64,000 bases of DNA, taken from positions 896,001-960,000 of the forward strand of contig CAVQEQ010000004.1 of NCBI GenBank assembly GCA_963711565.1, given 5' to 3'. Positions 1 to 11,543 of the stretch are shown in pieces. The first letter of the stretch is position 1. Each line of letters opens with the position of its first letter. Source of the stretch: an uncultured delta proteobacterium (lineage in GTDB: Bacteria > Desulfobacterota > Binatia > Binatales > Binataceae). The translations under genes were made by a program, and so were the position numbers. The notes beneath the pieces were generated by a model. It made no database searches and had not been told where the DNA came from. It saw only the letters and a list, made by a program, of their open reading frames with translations.

Positions 1-387
1 CAGGAAGTGAAATGGGCGATCATCCCGGCCGCCGGCTCGCTGGCGCGATTGCAGCGGCAGATTCCGTACTGCAAGGCGATGGAGATTCTGCTGACGGGCA
101 ATCGGATCGACGCGCAGGAGGCGTGGCGCCTCGGACTCGTGAACTACGTCGTGCCGCAAGACAAGTTGATCGCGAAGGCGGAGGAACTCGCGGCGACGAT
201 CGCGCAGAACGGGCCTTTGGCGGTGCGCAAGATCAAAGAGGCGGTGCGGCGAACGTCAGGGCGTCCGTATGAAGAGGCGTTCAAGATCGAAAACGAAATC
301 GCGCGCGAAGTCATGAAGTCCGAGGACGCGAAGGAGGGCCCGCGCTCGTTCATGGAGAAGCGCAAGCCTAACTACAAAGGGCGGTAG
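1..387 (+). CDS. Enoyl-CoA hydratase/isomerase (crotonase family), 5'-truncated by window edge
   Basis: C-terminal crotonase motifs: (EV)KWAIIPAAGSLARL, AMEILLTGNRIDAQEAWRLGLVN, EDAKEGPRSFMEKRKPNYKGR; the frame is open to the window start. Confidence 0.9.
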   Translation, partial: QEVKWAIIPAAGSLARLQRQIPYCKAMEILLTGNRIDAQEAWRLGLVNYVVPQDKLIAKAEELAATIAQNGPLAVRKIKEAVRRTSGRPYEEAFKIENEIAREVMKSEDAKEGPRSFMEKRKPNYKGR

Positions 388-390
388 CGC

Positions 391-1401
391 CTACGCTCCG
401 GCCAGTGCGCGCATCGTGTTGGGATAGTCTCGCGACGACGTTGCTGCGGGGCCGATTGGAAAGACCACGGGATGAGTGATGCCGGCGGCGCGGAATCGCG
501 CGACGAAATCGCGGCCGGCCTTGGCGTTTCCGAACACCGCGATTTTGCGGCATGAGGCTTCCGAGATTGCCTTCGGAGCCTCGTCGCGCTTGCCGAGTTT
601 CCACAGCCGGCGGACCTCGTCGAACTCCGCCGCGAGTCCGTAGCGCGCGAACATCTTGTTGTAGCTGTCCACGAACGCGTAACCGGCCAGCTCGCGACGG
701 AACGAATCGACGGCTTTGTCCTCGTCCTCCGTGATGCACATACGGATGTAGATGCCGACATCGACGGCGGACGGGTCGCGGCCCGCGGCTTTGGCGCCTT
801 CGGCGATGTGCTGCACCATCGGCGCGATTGCCTCGGGCGGCGAGTAGTTCATCAGGACGCCGTCGGCGACTTCGCCTGCCAGTCGAAGCATCGGGGCGTT
901 TAGGCCCGCGAGATAAATCTTGGGCGGATGCGGCGCGGTGATGCGCATGCTCAGCTTGAAGTCGGACTTGTAAACTTTGCCCTGGAACTTCGAGCGGCCC
1001 TCGGTGAACAACTGGCGCATGATCGTGACGCACTCGCGCATCGCGGTGACGGGTTTGCGATACGACGCGCCGTGCCATCGCTCGACGATGATCGGACTCG
1101 ACACGCCGAGACCCGCGATAGCTCGTCCGCCCGACAGTTCGTTGATAGTGAGGAAGCCCATCGCCATCGCGCCCGGCGTGCGAATCTGAATCGGGATGAC
1201 TCCCGTGGCCAGTTCGGCTTTGCGCGTGTTGACCGCAAGCGCGGCGAGGCTGACGAACGCGTCGGGCCCGCTGACCTCGGCGATCCACAATGACGTGTAG
1301 CCGAGATCCTCGGCCTCGCGGATTAACGCGAGGCGGCCGGCGAGCGCGTCGGCGCCGACGCCGACGTTGGTTTGAAGTCCGAGCTTTTGATTCGATGGCA
1401 T
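391..1401 (-). CDS. LLM-class (luciferase-like) flavin/F420-dependent oxidoreductase
   Basis: AEDLGYTSLWIAE, ELATGVIPIQIRTP, ELSGGRAIAGLGVS, IYLAGLNAPMLRLAGEVADGV. Confidence 0.9.
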   Translation of the reverse strand: MPSNQKLGLQTNVGVGADALAGRLALIREAEDLGYTSLWIAEVSGPDAFVSLAALAVNTRKAELATGVIPIQIRTPGAMAMGFLTINELSGGRAIAGLGVSSPIIVERWHGASYRKPVTAMRECVTIMRQLFTEGRSKFQGKVYKSDFKLSMRITAPHPPKIYLAGLNAPMLRLAGEVADGVLMNYSPPEAIAPMVQHIAEGAKAAGRDPSAVDVGIYIRMCITEDEDKAVDSFRRELAGYAFVDSYNKMFARYGLAAEFDEVRRLWKLGKRDEAPKAISEASCRKIAVFGNAKAGRDFVARFRAAGITHPVVFPIGPAATSSRDYPNTMRALAGA

Positions 1402-1489
1402 CTGAAAAATCCGTAGGAGTTTGAGTTGCGCAGATTGTGCGGGTATTCGATTATGGCTGCAAGCATAGCCCAGACGGGGGTTTTGAACG

Positions 1490-2245
1490 ATGGCGTACTT
1501 CGATTCCGATGGCGTGCAGATTTATTTCGAGGAGCATGGCAAGGGCGAGCCGGTCGTGCTGGTGCACGGGTTTGCGTCGCGCGCGGAGCATAACTGGGGT
1601 GCGATGAATTGGTTCACTACGCTCGCGCCGCACTATCGCGTCGTCGCGCTCGATTGCCGCGGGCACGGCAAGAGCGGCAAGCCGCACGATCCAGCGGCGT
1701 ATGCCGGCGCGACGATGGGCGACGACGTGATTCGGCTGATGGACCATCTTGGAATCAAGCGCACGCTGATCATGGGCTACTCGATGGGCGGGCGGATCGT
1801 CACGGGACTGCTGATGACGCATCCGGAGCGTCTGCGTGCGGCGGTGCTCGGCGGAATCGGCGCGGCATCAGGGTCGAACTTCGACCGCAAGCCGATCGTC
1901 GATGCGATGCTGGCCCAAGATACGTCCCGTATCACTGACCAGCGTGCAAAGGAGTTTCGACAGTTCGCGGAGCTTACGGGCAACGACTTGAAGGCGTTGG
2001 CGGCGTGCATGGGATCGAATCGCGAGGATTTCACGGCCGAGGAAATTGCGGCGCAGAAAATTCGCGTGCCGGTCATGATCGTCATCGGGAAGAAGGATTT
2101 GCTGGTCGGCGATCCGACCCGGCTGCGCGATGCGATCCCGGGGAGCAAGCTGGTGATGCTCGAAGGACGCGATCACATGAGTGCGCCGGGCGATACGATT
2201 TACAAGGAATCGGTTCTGGAGTTTTTCAAATCCGCGCCGGCGTAA
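1490..2245 (+). CDS. Alpha/beta fold hydrolase
   Basis: VLVHGF, ALDCRGHGKS, nucleophile elbow GYSMGG, C-terminal Asp (KKD) and His (RDH). Confidence 0.9.
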   Translation: MAYFDSDGVQIYFEEHGKGEPVVLVHGFASRAEHNWGAMNWFTTLAPHYRVVALDCRGHGKSGKPHDPAAYAGATMGDDVIRLMDHLGIKRTLIMGYSMGGRIVTGLLMTHPERLRAAVLGGIGAASGSNFDRKPIVDAMLAQDTSRITDQRAKEFRQFAELTGNDLKALAACMGSNREDFTAEEIAAQKIRVPVMIVIGKKDLLVGDPTRLRDAIPGSKLVMLEGRDHMSAPGDTIYKESVLEFFKSAPA

Positions 2246-2289
2246 GAAGTCCCGGCGGCTGGCGCTGCTTGCATTGGTCGGGGTGAGTG

Positions 2290-3150
2290 CTAGCTGATGC
2301 GCGGGGCGTTTAGGGTGCCGGTCAGGTGGTAGGGTTCCGGGCCTGGGGGGTGCGGCAAGGTTGTGAGCAGTATCCCGAGCTGCGCGGCGGCGGCGGGAGT
2401 TGTCGAAAGAGTGAATTGGATTGCGAGCTCGCTGTCGCCGGGGTCGGGTGCGAGCTGGATCGTTCCTTCGGCGGTCAGGATCAAATCGCCGCCGGTGGTC
2501 GTGAATTCTTCGATCGTCAGCGTGCCATCATCCAATGTGAACTTTGAATAGCCTTCGCCGAGACGGATCGGCGCCTGCGCGAAGGGTGACGTGAACGTCA
2601 GTCCCGCGGCGCTTAGTTCACCGTCGCCGGTTTGCGCGATGTTATCGGGCGAGAGCAACAGACTGCCGCTGCCGGAAAGCGCGCCGGCGGTACTCGCGCC
2701 GGGGATCGTCCACAACTGCTGACGCGCCAGCTCGACCGAGTCGAGGTCGTAGCTGATAGCGGTGTTGCCGCCGCTGGGGCGGATGGTGACGCTCACGACG
2801 CCGTCGTAGAGATTGGCCTTGACGCGGACGCCGGGATGCATGGTGAGCATCGAGAGGAACGCGGGCGCGATGGTGACGGCCGGGCTCTCGACGAGCAGGC
2901 CGGCGGACGCGGGCCGGGTCGAGGTCAAGCGGACATCCGACAAGCGCGCACCGAACGGAAAGCTGGCGGTCTGACCCGTGCTAGAGAACTCGAGGCCCAT
3001 CGGCGCGAGGACCTTGGTGAGAGTGGCGGAGTAGGGAAAGGTGGAAATCAGGTACGCGGCGAAGAGCGTCAGGCCGACGACTACATAGCCGATGCGAACG
3101 AGACCCGGGCGCCGGATTGGCGCGGACGTGTCAGCGCGCGCATCAGGCAT
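2290..3150 (-). CDS. gspN: Type II secretion system protein GspN-like
   Basis: Last gene of the gsp operon; N-terminal TM (YLISTFPY) followed by a beta-rich periplasmic region ending YHLTGTLNAPRI; ATG at 3150 overlaps the gspM end. Confidence 0.7.
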   Translation of the reverse strand: MPDARADTSAPIRRPGLVRIGYVVVGLTLFAAYLISTFPYSATLTKVLAPMGLEFSSTGQTASFPFGARLSDVRLTSTRPASAGLLVESPAVTIAPAFLSMLTMHPGVRVKANLYDGVVSVTIRPSGGNTAISYDLDSVELARQQLWTIPGASTAGALSGSGSLLLSPDNIAQTGDGELSAAGLTFTSPFAQAPIRLGEGYSKFTLDDGTLTIEEFTTTGGDLILTAEGTIQLAPDPGDSELAIQFTLSTTPAAAAQLGILLTTLPHPPGPEPYHLTGTLNAPRIS

Positions 3151-3787
3151 TCTTGGCGAGCGCAACACAGGTGAGGTCAACGTCGTAGGAATGCGTGTCC
3201 TGGGTGCGGCGCTGGATGCGAATGTTCGACACGCCGATCGGCATCGGCAGCGAATTGATGCCGTAGAGCGCGTCAACCACCTGCGAGAGACTCAGGTTGT
3301 CGAGTTTCAACTGTACGCTGTACTCGATGAAGCCGTCGGTGAGTTTGCGGTCGGAGCCGGGGGTGATCGAGCCGATTTTGTCGCGGCCGACAGTCTTGGT
3401 CATCGAGGCTTCGACAACGGAGAACAGCGAAAAATCCCTGCCCGTTGGCACCGTGCGTTTCTCGGCGGCGGCGAGGTTGGCCTTGAGCTGGGCGTACGTG
3501 CCGGCGAGCTGGCGAACCTCGATGAGATCGTTTTGCCGCTGGGTGATCTTGTCCTGGAGGCCGGAGCTCAGATCGACGATTGGCACATAGATCAGGTTGT
3601 AGATAAGAAAAATTCCGATCAGGCCGCCGGCGATTTGCACGAGGATACGTTCGCGCGGTTCGAGTTTCTGATAGCGGCCGCGCGCCTGCACCAGCATCGG
3701 ATCGATGCGGGTGGCGGCCTGCTTGAGCCATGGACGGAGCAGGTCCATCACTCGCGCGCGCAGATCGTCGATCCATTCCTTAAGCAT
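3143..3787 (-). CDS. gspM: Type II secretion system protein GspM
   Basis: YQKLEPRERILV + TM + coiled coil + ferredoxin-like C-terminus (VQLKLDNLSLSQVVDALYGI); ATG 3787 is preceded by GGAGAAG. Confidence 0.8.
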   Translation of the reverse strand: MLKEWIDDLRARVMDLLRPWLKQAATRIDPMLVQARGRYQKLEPRERILVQIAGGLIGIFLIYNLIYVPIVDLSSGLQDKITQRQNDLIEVRQLAGTYAQLKANLAAAEKRTVPTGRDFSLFSVVEASMTKTVGRDKIGSITPGSDRKLTDGFIEYSVQLKLDNLSLSQVVDALYGINSLPMPIGVSNIRIQRRTQDTHSYDVDLTCVALAKNA

Positions 3788-5273
3788 TGCGGCTATTCTT
3801 CTCCGCGATCGTTCGACGGCACGGCGTCTTTGAAATCCGCGTCCATCCGAAAATCCACTTTGCTCGGATCCAGCCGGCCTTCGCATGCGCGACCTCGATC
3901 GAGCCGAAGAAGCCGCTATGGTCGAGCGCCTCTTTCGCTTGATCGACGGTGGTGAACGAATCGGCCTGGCCGGTCACGCGCAAGCCCTGCGAATCGATCT
4001 GCACGTCGGCCATCTGGACCGGGAAGCGGGGCGGCAGTGCGCGCGACACAGCGACCAGCGTGTCGAGCGGCGAGTGAGTCAGATTGCCGCCGATCAGGTT
4101 GAGCCGCTTGTTCATCTTGATGATCCCGCTTTGCAACTGCGCCTTGGCGTCGGCCGGATCGGTTTCGCCGAGGACCGGTCCGGCGACGGCGGCGATTTGC
4201 GCATTGATCTTGCTCAACTGATGGAGATTGGCGGAGACGCCGAGCGCGAAATGAAAAACGATCATAGCCAGCAGCGCGGCGGCGAGAATGCCCGAAGTGT
4301 AGAATGGGCTGAAGTCGCCACGGATGCGTCCGCGGAACATGAACTCGCCCTGGCGGAAATTGATCAGAGGAAGCGGCTGAGTCGGCAACTCGCCCATCAG
4401 CATCGCGATGCAGGAGGAGAATTTGCCGGTGTTCGGCACCGGGCCTTCGAAGATGCCGGTGTAGTCGAACGCGCCGCCGTCGCGTACCGACATCGCGAGC
4501 GAATCGGAGAGCAGTCCACGCACCTTCGGATAGGCCGCGGCGGCGCCGGCCAGGATCACCTCGGTCTGTTCGGTTTCCTCGCGGCTGGCAAGCAGGGTCT
4601 GACGCACCGAGTTGAGAATCGGCGCGGCCGCGTCCGCCGCCACCGGCGAGCCGTCGGACGTCATCAGGCCGCCGGCCATCGAACGCATCGCGCGCGGGGT
4701 TCCGGCCAGGTCGACGAGGACGACCGACGTGGAGGATTCGTCGCCTTCGACGACAAGGTGCGCCATCGGCTTGGCGCCGTTGCCGTTTTTGGCGCGCGTG
4801 AACATCGCGGCCAGCGCGAGCGGCGCGAGCGTGACGGTCCTGGGATCGAGTCCGGCTTTATGCAGCAGATCGAGATGCTGCTGGAGATCGGTCTTGCGCA
4901 CCATCGCGGCGATGACGAGCGTGTGGTCGCCCTCGCGCCCGACGCGGGCAAAGGCGACGACGCCATTGTTGACCGGAAACGGCAGATGCTCTTCGAGTGC
5001 GAAGGGAACGACCTGATGCAGACGGCGCGCATCCTTGAACGGCAGTTCGAGGATGCGCTTGACGACGCGATCCGCGGGCAGCGCCGAGATGACGATGTCG
5101 GGCTGGCCGGCCTCGACGATCAGGCGCGAGAGCGCGCCGCTCAGGTCGCCCTCGTCATCGGCGCGAACCTTGTCGTACATGCCGGTGAGCGTGAACGAGT
5201 TCCACGAGCGTTCCGCCATCGCGGCGCGCACGCGGTCGCCGACCAGCTCCAGCGCAAGTATTCGTTGAGCCAT
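3780..5273 (-). CDS. gspL: Type II secretion system protein GspL (PilM/PilN-like); probable 1-nt frameshift near 3872, true stop likely 3793
   Basis: Actin-like cytoplasmic region (RILALEL, VPFALEEHLPFP), INFRQGEF motif, TM, periplasmic PilN-like domain; lies between gspK and gspM. Confidence 0.85.
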   Translation of the reverse strand: MAQRILALELVGDRVRAAMAERSWNSFTLTGMYDKVRADDEGDLSGALSRLIVEAGQPDIVISALPADRVVKRILELPFKDARRLHQVVPFALEEHLPFPVNNGVVAFARVGREGDHTLVIAAMVRKTDLQQHLDLLHKAGLDPRTVTLAPLALAAMFTRAKNGNGAKPMAHLVVEGDESSTSVVLVDLAGTPRAMRSMAGGLMTSDGSPVAADAAAPILNSVRQTLLASREETEQTEVILAGAAAAYPKVRGLLSDSLAMSVRDGGAFDYTGIFEGPVPNTGKFSSCIAMLMGELPTQPLPLINFRQGEFMFRGRIRGDFSPFYTSGILAAALLAMIVFHFALGVSANLHQLSKINAQIAAVAGPVLGETDPADAKAQLQSGIIKMNKRLNLIGGNLTHSPLDTLVAVSRALPPRFPVQMADVQIDSQGLRVTGQADSFTTVDQAKEALDHSGFFGSIEVAHAKAGWIRAKWIFGWTRISKTPCRRTIAEKNSRNA

Positions 5274-5288
5274 TAAACGCCCTTGACC

Positions 5289-6230
5289 CTAGTCCTCATG
5301 CCACGCCGCGAGTGTCCCGATGCCGGTGGTCTCGCGATGAAAGGTTGCGGTAATGATTTTGCGGGCGCCCGCATAAGTCCCGGTCCCGGTAAGCGTGAAG
5401 AACTGGCTGCGCATGTCAACGTCCTTGGACAGGAGCTGCGCCACGTCGGCGAGATCGGGCAGGTTCATGATGTCGGTCGGCTGGGTGAACGGCCGGATCG
5501 CGCGCGCGTCGAGAATCGCGAGCACCAGTTTCTGATCTTCGGTCAACTGCGGCTCGAGCGCGGCCAGCACTTGCGGTGGCGCGGTGTTGGCGTTCACTGC
5601 CGTCTCGGCCATCACGGTCAGGAACGGGCTCACGCGGTTGAAAATAGCCTCGTTGAATCCCTGGACCATCTGCAGATCCCCAATCGTCGGCATCGCGCCG
5701 TAGCGCGGCTGATATGGCGGTTTCAGTCCCAGGTAGTAATCCCCGATGCTGTTGCCACTGCCGTTGTTCGGCGTAATCCAGTCGACGATACCTTGAACCA
5801 AGTCGGGGCTCACGTCGAGCACCGTGAAAAGCCGCTGCACCTTCTGAATCGCAGCCAGGTTGGGGGCATTGTTTTGAATCATCGAGTTCAAATTGATCTT
5901 GCGGCCTTCGTCCACGATCGACAACGTGACCGTGCCGCCACCGAGCGGCATCGGAGGAAACGGCACCGCCCACGGGTCGTTCAAGGTCTCGGCCGGGGTC
6001 TGCTCTTGTTGCTTTGCGCGCGCGTCGGCCGCCAGCAGGCCGAGGCCGACGTTGATTCCCGAGCGGGCAAGGTAGCTGGAGCGCAACTCGTTGGCCTGGT
6101 TGGCGGCGGACACGAATCCGAGTCCCGAGGACATCGCGAAATCCACGACGACCAGAGTCATCAGGGCGATTCCCAGCAAGACCGCCAGCAACGCCACGCC
6201 GCGCTCACTCTTTTGCAGCCGCTTTACCAT
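5289..6230 (-). CDS. gspK: Type II secretion minor pseudopilin GspK
   Basis: ERG|VALLAVLL prepilin site, IVDEGRKINLN, IVDWI, VNANTAPPQVL. Confidence 0.92.
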   Translation of the reverse strand: MVKRLQKSERGVALLAVLLGIALMTLVVVDFAMSSGLGFVSAANQANELRSSYLARSGINVGLGLLAADARAKQQEQTPAETLNDPWAVPFPPMPLGGGTVTLSIVDEGRKINLNSMIQNNAPNLAAIQKVQRLFTVLDVSPDLVQGIVDWITPNNGSGNSIGDYYLGLKPPYQPRYGAMPTIGDLQMVQGFNEAIFNRVSPFLTVMAETAVNANTAPPQVLAALEPQLTEDQKLVLAILDARAIRPFTQPTDIMNLPDLADVAQLLSKDVDMRSQFFTLTGTGTYAGARKIITATFHRETTGIGTLAAWHED

Positions 6231-6874
6231 TCCTGTATCGCCATCGGCACGGTGACCTGTGTCGCGAAGTCCATCACGTGACCGCCCGGCGCCGCCATCT
6301 TTATCTGGATCGCCACCGCGACCGGCAACTGGGTTCCGCGCGGCTGACTCGAGGAGTCCCAGCTCTCGTCCCATTTCTGGCCGTCAAAGTAGCGAAAGTG
6401 GAGCGACATCACATTGTCCGCGAGCACTGTCGTTTGCTGCGCGACCGTGCTCGTCAGCAATCCGCTTTGCTGCGAGCGCTGGAGCATGTAGCAGCCGGGC
6501 TGGTCGGGATTCGCGGTCAAATTGTACGTGACTATCGACTCGGGCGTCATGCCGGTGAGCGCTTTGCGATGGCCGGCGCTGAAGGTGGACAACGTGATGG
6601 CGTCGATCGCAACGCCATTGCCCATGTGACCGCTGCCGAGCAGCGCGACGTTGCTGAGAGCGTACGGCGTCTGCACGGCATTGCGCAGTTCCTTGGTCAG
6701 TTGCCACAACAAGGAGCGGCCCTCGCGATCGACCATGAGCCGGCCCTCGGCGTGCACCTTGCTATGCGCGATCGTGCTGAACGAGCTGGCCAGCATCGTG
6801 AGGATCAGCGCCAGCACGCCGATTGCGAGCATCATCTCGATGAGCGTGAAGCCGCGCGGCGCCCGATCCGTCAC
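6224..6874 (-). CDS. gspJ: Type II secretion minor pseudopilin GspJ
   Basis: RG|FTLIEMMLAI; C-terminal FRYFDGQKWDESWDS...LPVAVAI. Confidence 0.88.
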   Translation of the reverse strand: MTDRAPRGFTLIEMMLAIGVLALILTMLASSFSTIAHSKVHAEGRLMVDREGRSLLWQLTKELRNAVQTPYALSNVALLGSGHMGNGVAIDAITLSTFSAGHRKALTGMTPESIVTYNLTANPDQPGCYMLQRSQQSGLLTSTVAQQTTVLADNVMSLHFRYFDGQKWDESWDSSSQPRGTQLPVAVAIQIKMAAPGGHVMDFATQVTVPMAIQEW

Positions 6875-7344
6875 AGTACACCTCCGGCCGGCGTCGTCGG
6901 AGTTGTGCCGTTCTGAGGCGCTCCGGTCGTCGTGGTGGTGGTTGTTGTATCGGGCGGAATCGGCGAATGCAGGAACTCGACGAGGCCGAAATTTTGCGAA
7001 AGGTTGGGACCGTAGCGAATCACGACCTCAACCTTGCGCACGTCGGGGAACATGCCTGACTCCTCGACATTCCGTGACCATCGGAAGTCGGGGAACTCAC
7101 CGGGAAAGGCCGAATCGAAATTGCCGCTGGTGATGCCGAGATCCGGAAATCGCTCGATCTCCGCTTCAGTCATGACCGCCTGCGCGAGCATCGAGGCTCG
7201 CGTCATCTGCTGCGCGCGAATCACGGATTGCATGCTCTGATGCTGCAGTCCGAGCAGACCGAGCAGCGCGATTCCGAGGATCGCAATCGCAACCATCACC
7301 TCGAGCAGGGTGAATGCGCGCGCGCGCCGGCGAAGTGGATTCAC
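6871..7344 (-). CDS. gspI: Type II secretion minor pseudopilin GspI
   Basis: RA|FTLLEVMVAIAIL N-methylation motif; operon position. Confidence 0.82.
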   Translation of the reverse strand: MNPLRRRARAFTLLEVMVAIAILGIALLGLLGLQHQSMQSVIRAQQMTRASMLAQAVMTEAEIERFPDLGITSGNFDSAFPGEFPDFRWSRNVEESGMFPDVRKVEVVIRYGPNLSQNFGLVEFLHSPIPPDTTTTTTTTGAPQNGTTPTTPAGGVL

Positions 7345-7922
7345 TGCGTCATCCCCGGCGGCATCACGTCGCCGCTGACGATCGCAACCTGGCCCGTCAA
7401 TGGAGAAAATTCGAGCGTCATCACGTCGCCGGAAGCGTCCTCAAGATGCACCACGGTCGCATCGACGTAACCCTCGGGATAAAAGTTGGTCGCGACCACG
7501 CCGCGATTGACGGTGCCGATTCCTTCGACCGTTACGTCGCGAATCCGTATCGCCGAGGGCAGCATCACCGGCTTGCCCGACAGGCTGTTGTCCGGCGCGA
7601 ACACCGGCTGCACCGCGTAGGGATCGAGTTGCGCGGCGGCGTAGCCGTTGTTGTCGAGATCGAAGATGAGCCGCAGCACGAGTTTGTGGCCAGTAGCCTC
7701 GTCGAACATGTAAGTTGCACGGCCCGCCAGCCGGCGCGCCTGGCTCTTCAGCGCGGCCTCGCGAAATCCGCCGAGATACGGCAGCGCCAGCGTCAGCATG
7801 AGACCCATGATAAAAATTACGACCGCGAGCTCTAGCAGCGTGAAGCCCGCCGACTCGGACGACACACCGGCGCGCGCGCTCGAAGCGGCGCGGCGAAGAG
7901 TTGGCCCGGGCCGGCACTTCAT
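7341..7922 (-). CDS. gspH: Type II secretion minor pseudopilin GspH (alternative start 7949)
   Basis: AG|FTLLELAVVIFI; FYPEG and SPLTGQV motifs typical of GspH/FimT. Confidence 0.82.
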   Translation of the reverse strand: MKCRPGPTLRRAASSARAGVSSESAGFTLLELAVVIFIMGLMLTLALPYLGGFREAALKSQARRLAGRATYMFDEATGHKLVLRLIFDLDNNGYAAAQLDPYAVQPVFAPDNSLSGKPVMLPSAIRIRDVTVEGIGTVNRGVVATNFYPEGYVDATVVHLEDASGDVMTLEFSPLTGQVAIVSGDVMPPGMTQ

Positions 7923-7929
7923 GGCGTCG

Positions 7930-8349
7930 TCACTGCGTTTGACTGGCATCTATATCGTCCGAACTCTCGACACCGTCGGGGCCGAACGATTTCAGAACGT
8001 AAGAGTTCCCGTCGCTCTGGTAAGCGTAGGGCGTACCCCAGGGATCCTGCGGCAGACGCTCGATATAGCCGCCGCTCTCGTAGTTGGCGGGCGTGCGGCC
8101 GTTGGTCGGCGGCGTCACCAGCGCGCTCAAACCCTGATCGGTGGTCGGGTAGTAGCCGTTGTCGAGATAGTAGCGATCGAGCGCGGTCTTGATTTCGGCG
8201 AGGTCGGCTTGCGCCTTAGTCTTCTTGGCCTTGTCGGCGGCGCCGCGCAGACTCTGGACGACGATCGTCGCGAGCAGGCCGAGGATCAGAATAACCACCA
8301 TGATTTCAATCAGGGTGAAACCGTCCTGATTGTACCGACGTGACTTCAT
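7930..8349 (-). CDS. gspG: Type II secretion major pseudopilin GspG
   Basis: DG|FTLIEIMVVILILGLLA, ALDRYYLDNGYYPTTDQGLSALV, LPQDPWG, SFGPDG; GGAGG RBS upstream of ATG 8349. Confidence 0.96.
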   Translation of the reverse strand: MKSRRYNQDGFTLIEIMVVILILGLLATIVVQSLRGAADKAKKTKAQADLAEIKTALDRYYLDNGYYPTTDQGLSALVTPPTNGRTPANYESGGYIERLPQDPWGTPYAYQSDGNSYVLKSFGPDGVESSDDIDASQTQ

Positions 8350-8372
8350 CGCGGTTACCTCCGGCGCGTCTC

Positions 8373-9602
8373 TCATTGCATCAACTGGTTGAGCTGGAAG
8401 ATTGGCATCAGCACTGCCAGCATCATGAACACGATAATAGCAGCCATCGCCAGCGTCATCACCGGCTCCAGCACGGTGGTCATCTGGCTGAGCGAGTGCG
8501 AGACTTCACGCTCGTAGTTGTCGGCAACCCGCTCGAGCATCTGCTCTAGTTCGCCGGAGCGTTCGCCGACGCGGATCATTTCGATCAGCAGCGGCGGAAA
8601 CAGCCCGCTCTGCGCCAGCGTCTGCGCCATGCCGTGGCCTTCGCGGATACTTTCGCGGCTCTGCTCGACGGCGTCCTTGAGCAGAACGTTGGTCACCACG
8701 CCTTTGACCGCGTCGAGCGACGGCAGCAATTGGACGCCGCTGGCGAGCAGGGTGGCGAGAGTCCGCGCAAAGCGCGCGCAGATGATTCGAATCAGCGTCG
8801 GCCCGATGTAATACACCTTGAGAATCGCGGTGTCCCACATGCGGCGGCCGCGCGGCGTCGCCATCCCGGCGGTGAATCCCGCGACCAGCCCGACGAGCAA
8901 AAGCCCCAGCGGAATATAATAGCCGGTGACCAGACCCGAAAACGTAATCAGGATTCGCGTCGCCAGCGGCAACGCCGCGTGCTGCTCCTCGAAGATCGTT
9001 GCGACCTGCGGCACCACGTACGCCACCAGGAAAGCCATGATGCCGGTGCCGACGCACATCATGATGATCGGATAGGTCAGCGCGCCGCGCACCTTGGTCA
9101 CGAATTCATTCTGGCGCTCGCTGTACTCGGCCAGCCGGTCCAGCACCGCTTCGAGCGCCGCGGCCTGTTCTCCTGCTCGCACCATCCCGATGTAGAGGTC
9201 GGAAAAGACGTCGCGATGATTGCTCAGCGCGTCGGCCAGCGACGAGCCCTCGCGCACGCGCTCGCGCACCTGCGAGAGCATCCGCTTGGTCGCGGCGCGC
9301 GACGATTGATCGCTGAGCGCGGTGAGCGCGTCAACCAGCTGCACGCCCGCGCCGAGCAGCGCGCTCAACTGCCGCGTCAGCAGAGCCAGGTCCGCCGCCG
9401 GCATCTTGCGCTTCCACAGCGAAGGCAGCCACTCGCGCTTGGCGGCAGTGCGTTCGGCGGCGCTGGATTCTTCGTTGAGGACAGTCGGGAAGATGCCCGA
9501 CGCCCGTAGCTTGCCGCGCGCCGTGCGCGCGCTGTCCGCGTCAACCACGCCGTTGACGGAGCGGCCGTCGGCGCCAAGTCCTCGATAAGCAAATACTGGC
9601 AT
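8373..9602 (-). CDS. gspF: Type II secretion inner-membrane platform protein GspF
   Basis: MPVFAYRG, TRQLSALLGAG, GALTYP, GERSGELEQML, LEPVM; 409 aa. Confidence 0.96.
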   Translation of the reverse strand: MPVFAYRGLGADGRSVNGVVDADSARTARGKLRASGIFPTVLNEESSAAERTAAKREWLPSLWKRKMPAADLALLTRQLSALLGAGVQLVDALTALSDQSSRAATKRMLSQVRERVREGSSLADALSNHRDVFSDLYIGMVRAGEQAAALEAVLDRLAEYSERQNEFVTKVRGALTYPIIMMCVGTGIMAFLVAYVVPQVATIFEEQHAALPLATRILITFSGLVTGYYIPLGLLLVGLVAGFTAGMATPRGRRMWDTAILKVYYIGPTLIRIICARFARTLATLLASGVQLLPSLDAVKGVVTNVLLKDAVEQSRESIREGHGMAQTLAQSGLFPPLLIEMIRVGERSGELEQMLERVADNYEREVSHSLSQMTTVLEPVMTLAMAAIIVFMMLAVLMPIFQLNQLMQ

Positions 9603-9624
9603 GGGTGAAAATTAAGCGGGCGCT

Positions 9625-11340
<1,716 letters not shown>

Positions 11341-11543
11341 CAGGCAAGTCCCACGGCAGGCTCGCCAGCAGGCGTCAAGGCGCGTCGATTCAACTCATAT
11401 CGGGCCATCTTTAACGACAACGACTCCCCACCGAACATACCACCATTCCCCCCGCCGGGGCTCAATTAGACACGATGGTTCTGACTAGTTGCAAGCGCGC
11501 GTTCCCCTCGGCACTAACCGGTTGCGCGGCCCCCTGGCCACCG

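Noticed and set aside
3885-5276. 463-aa plus-strand ORF
   Set aside because: Antisense shadow of gspL in GC-rich DNA; no recognisable motifs.
6915-6950. Poly-Thr tract in the GspI tail as a contingency repeat
   Set aside because: Mixed codons (ACA/ACC/ACG), in frame; an ordinary low-complexity tail.
11341-11543. Possible gspD remnant upstream of gspE
   Set aside because: No secretin-like residues in any frame; it reads as an intergenic promoter region.
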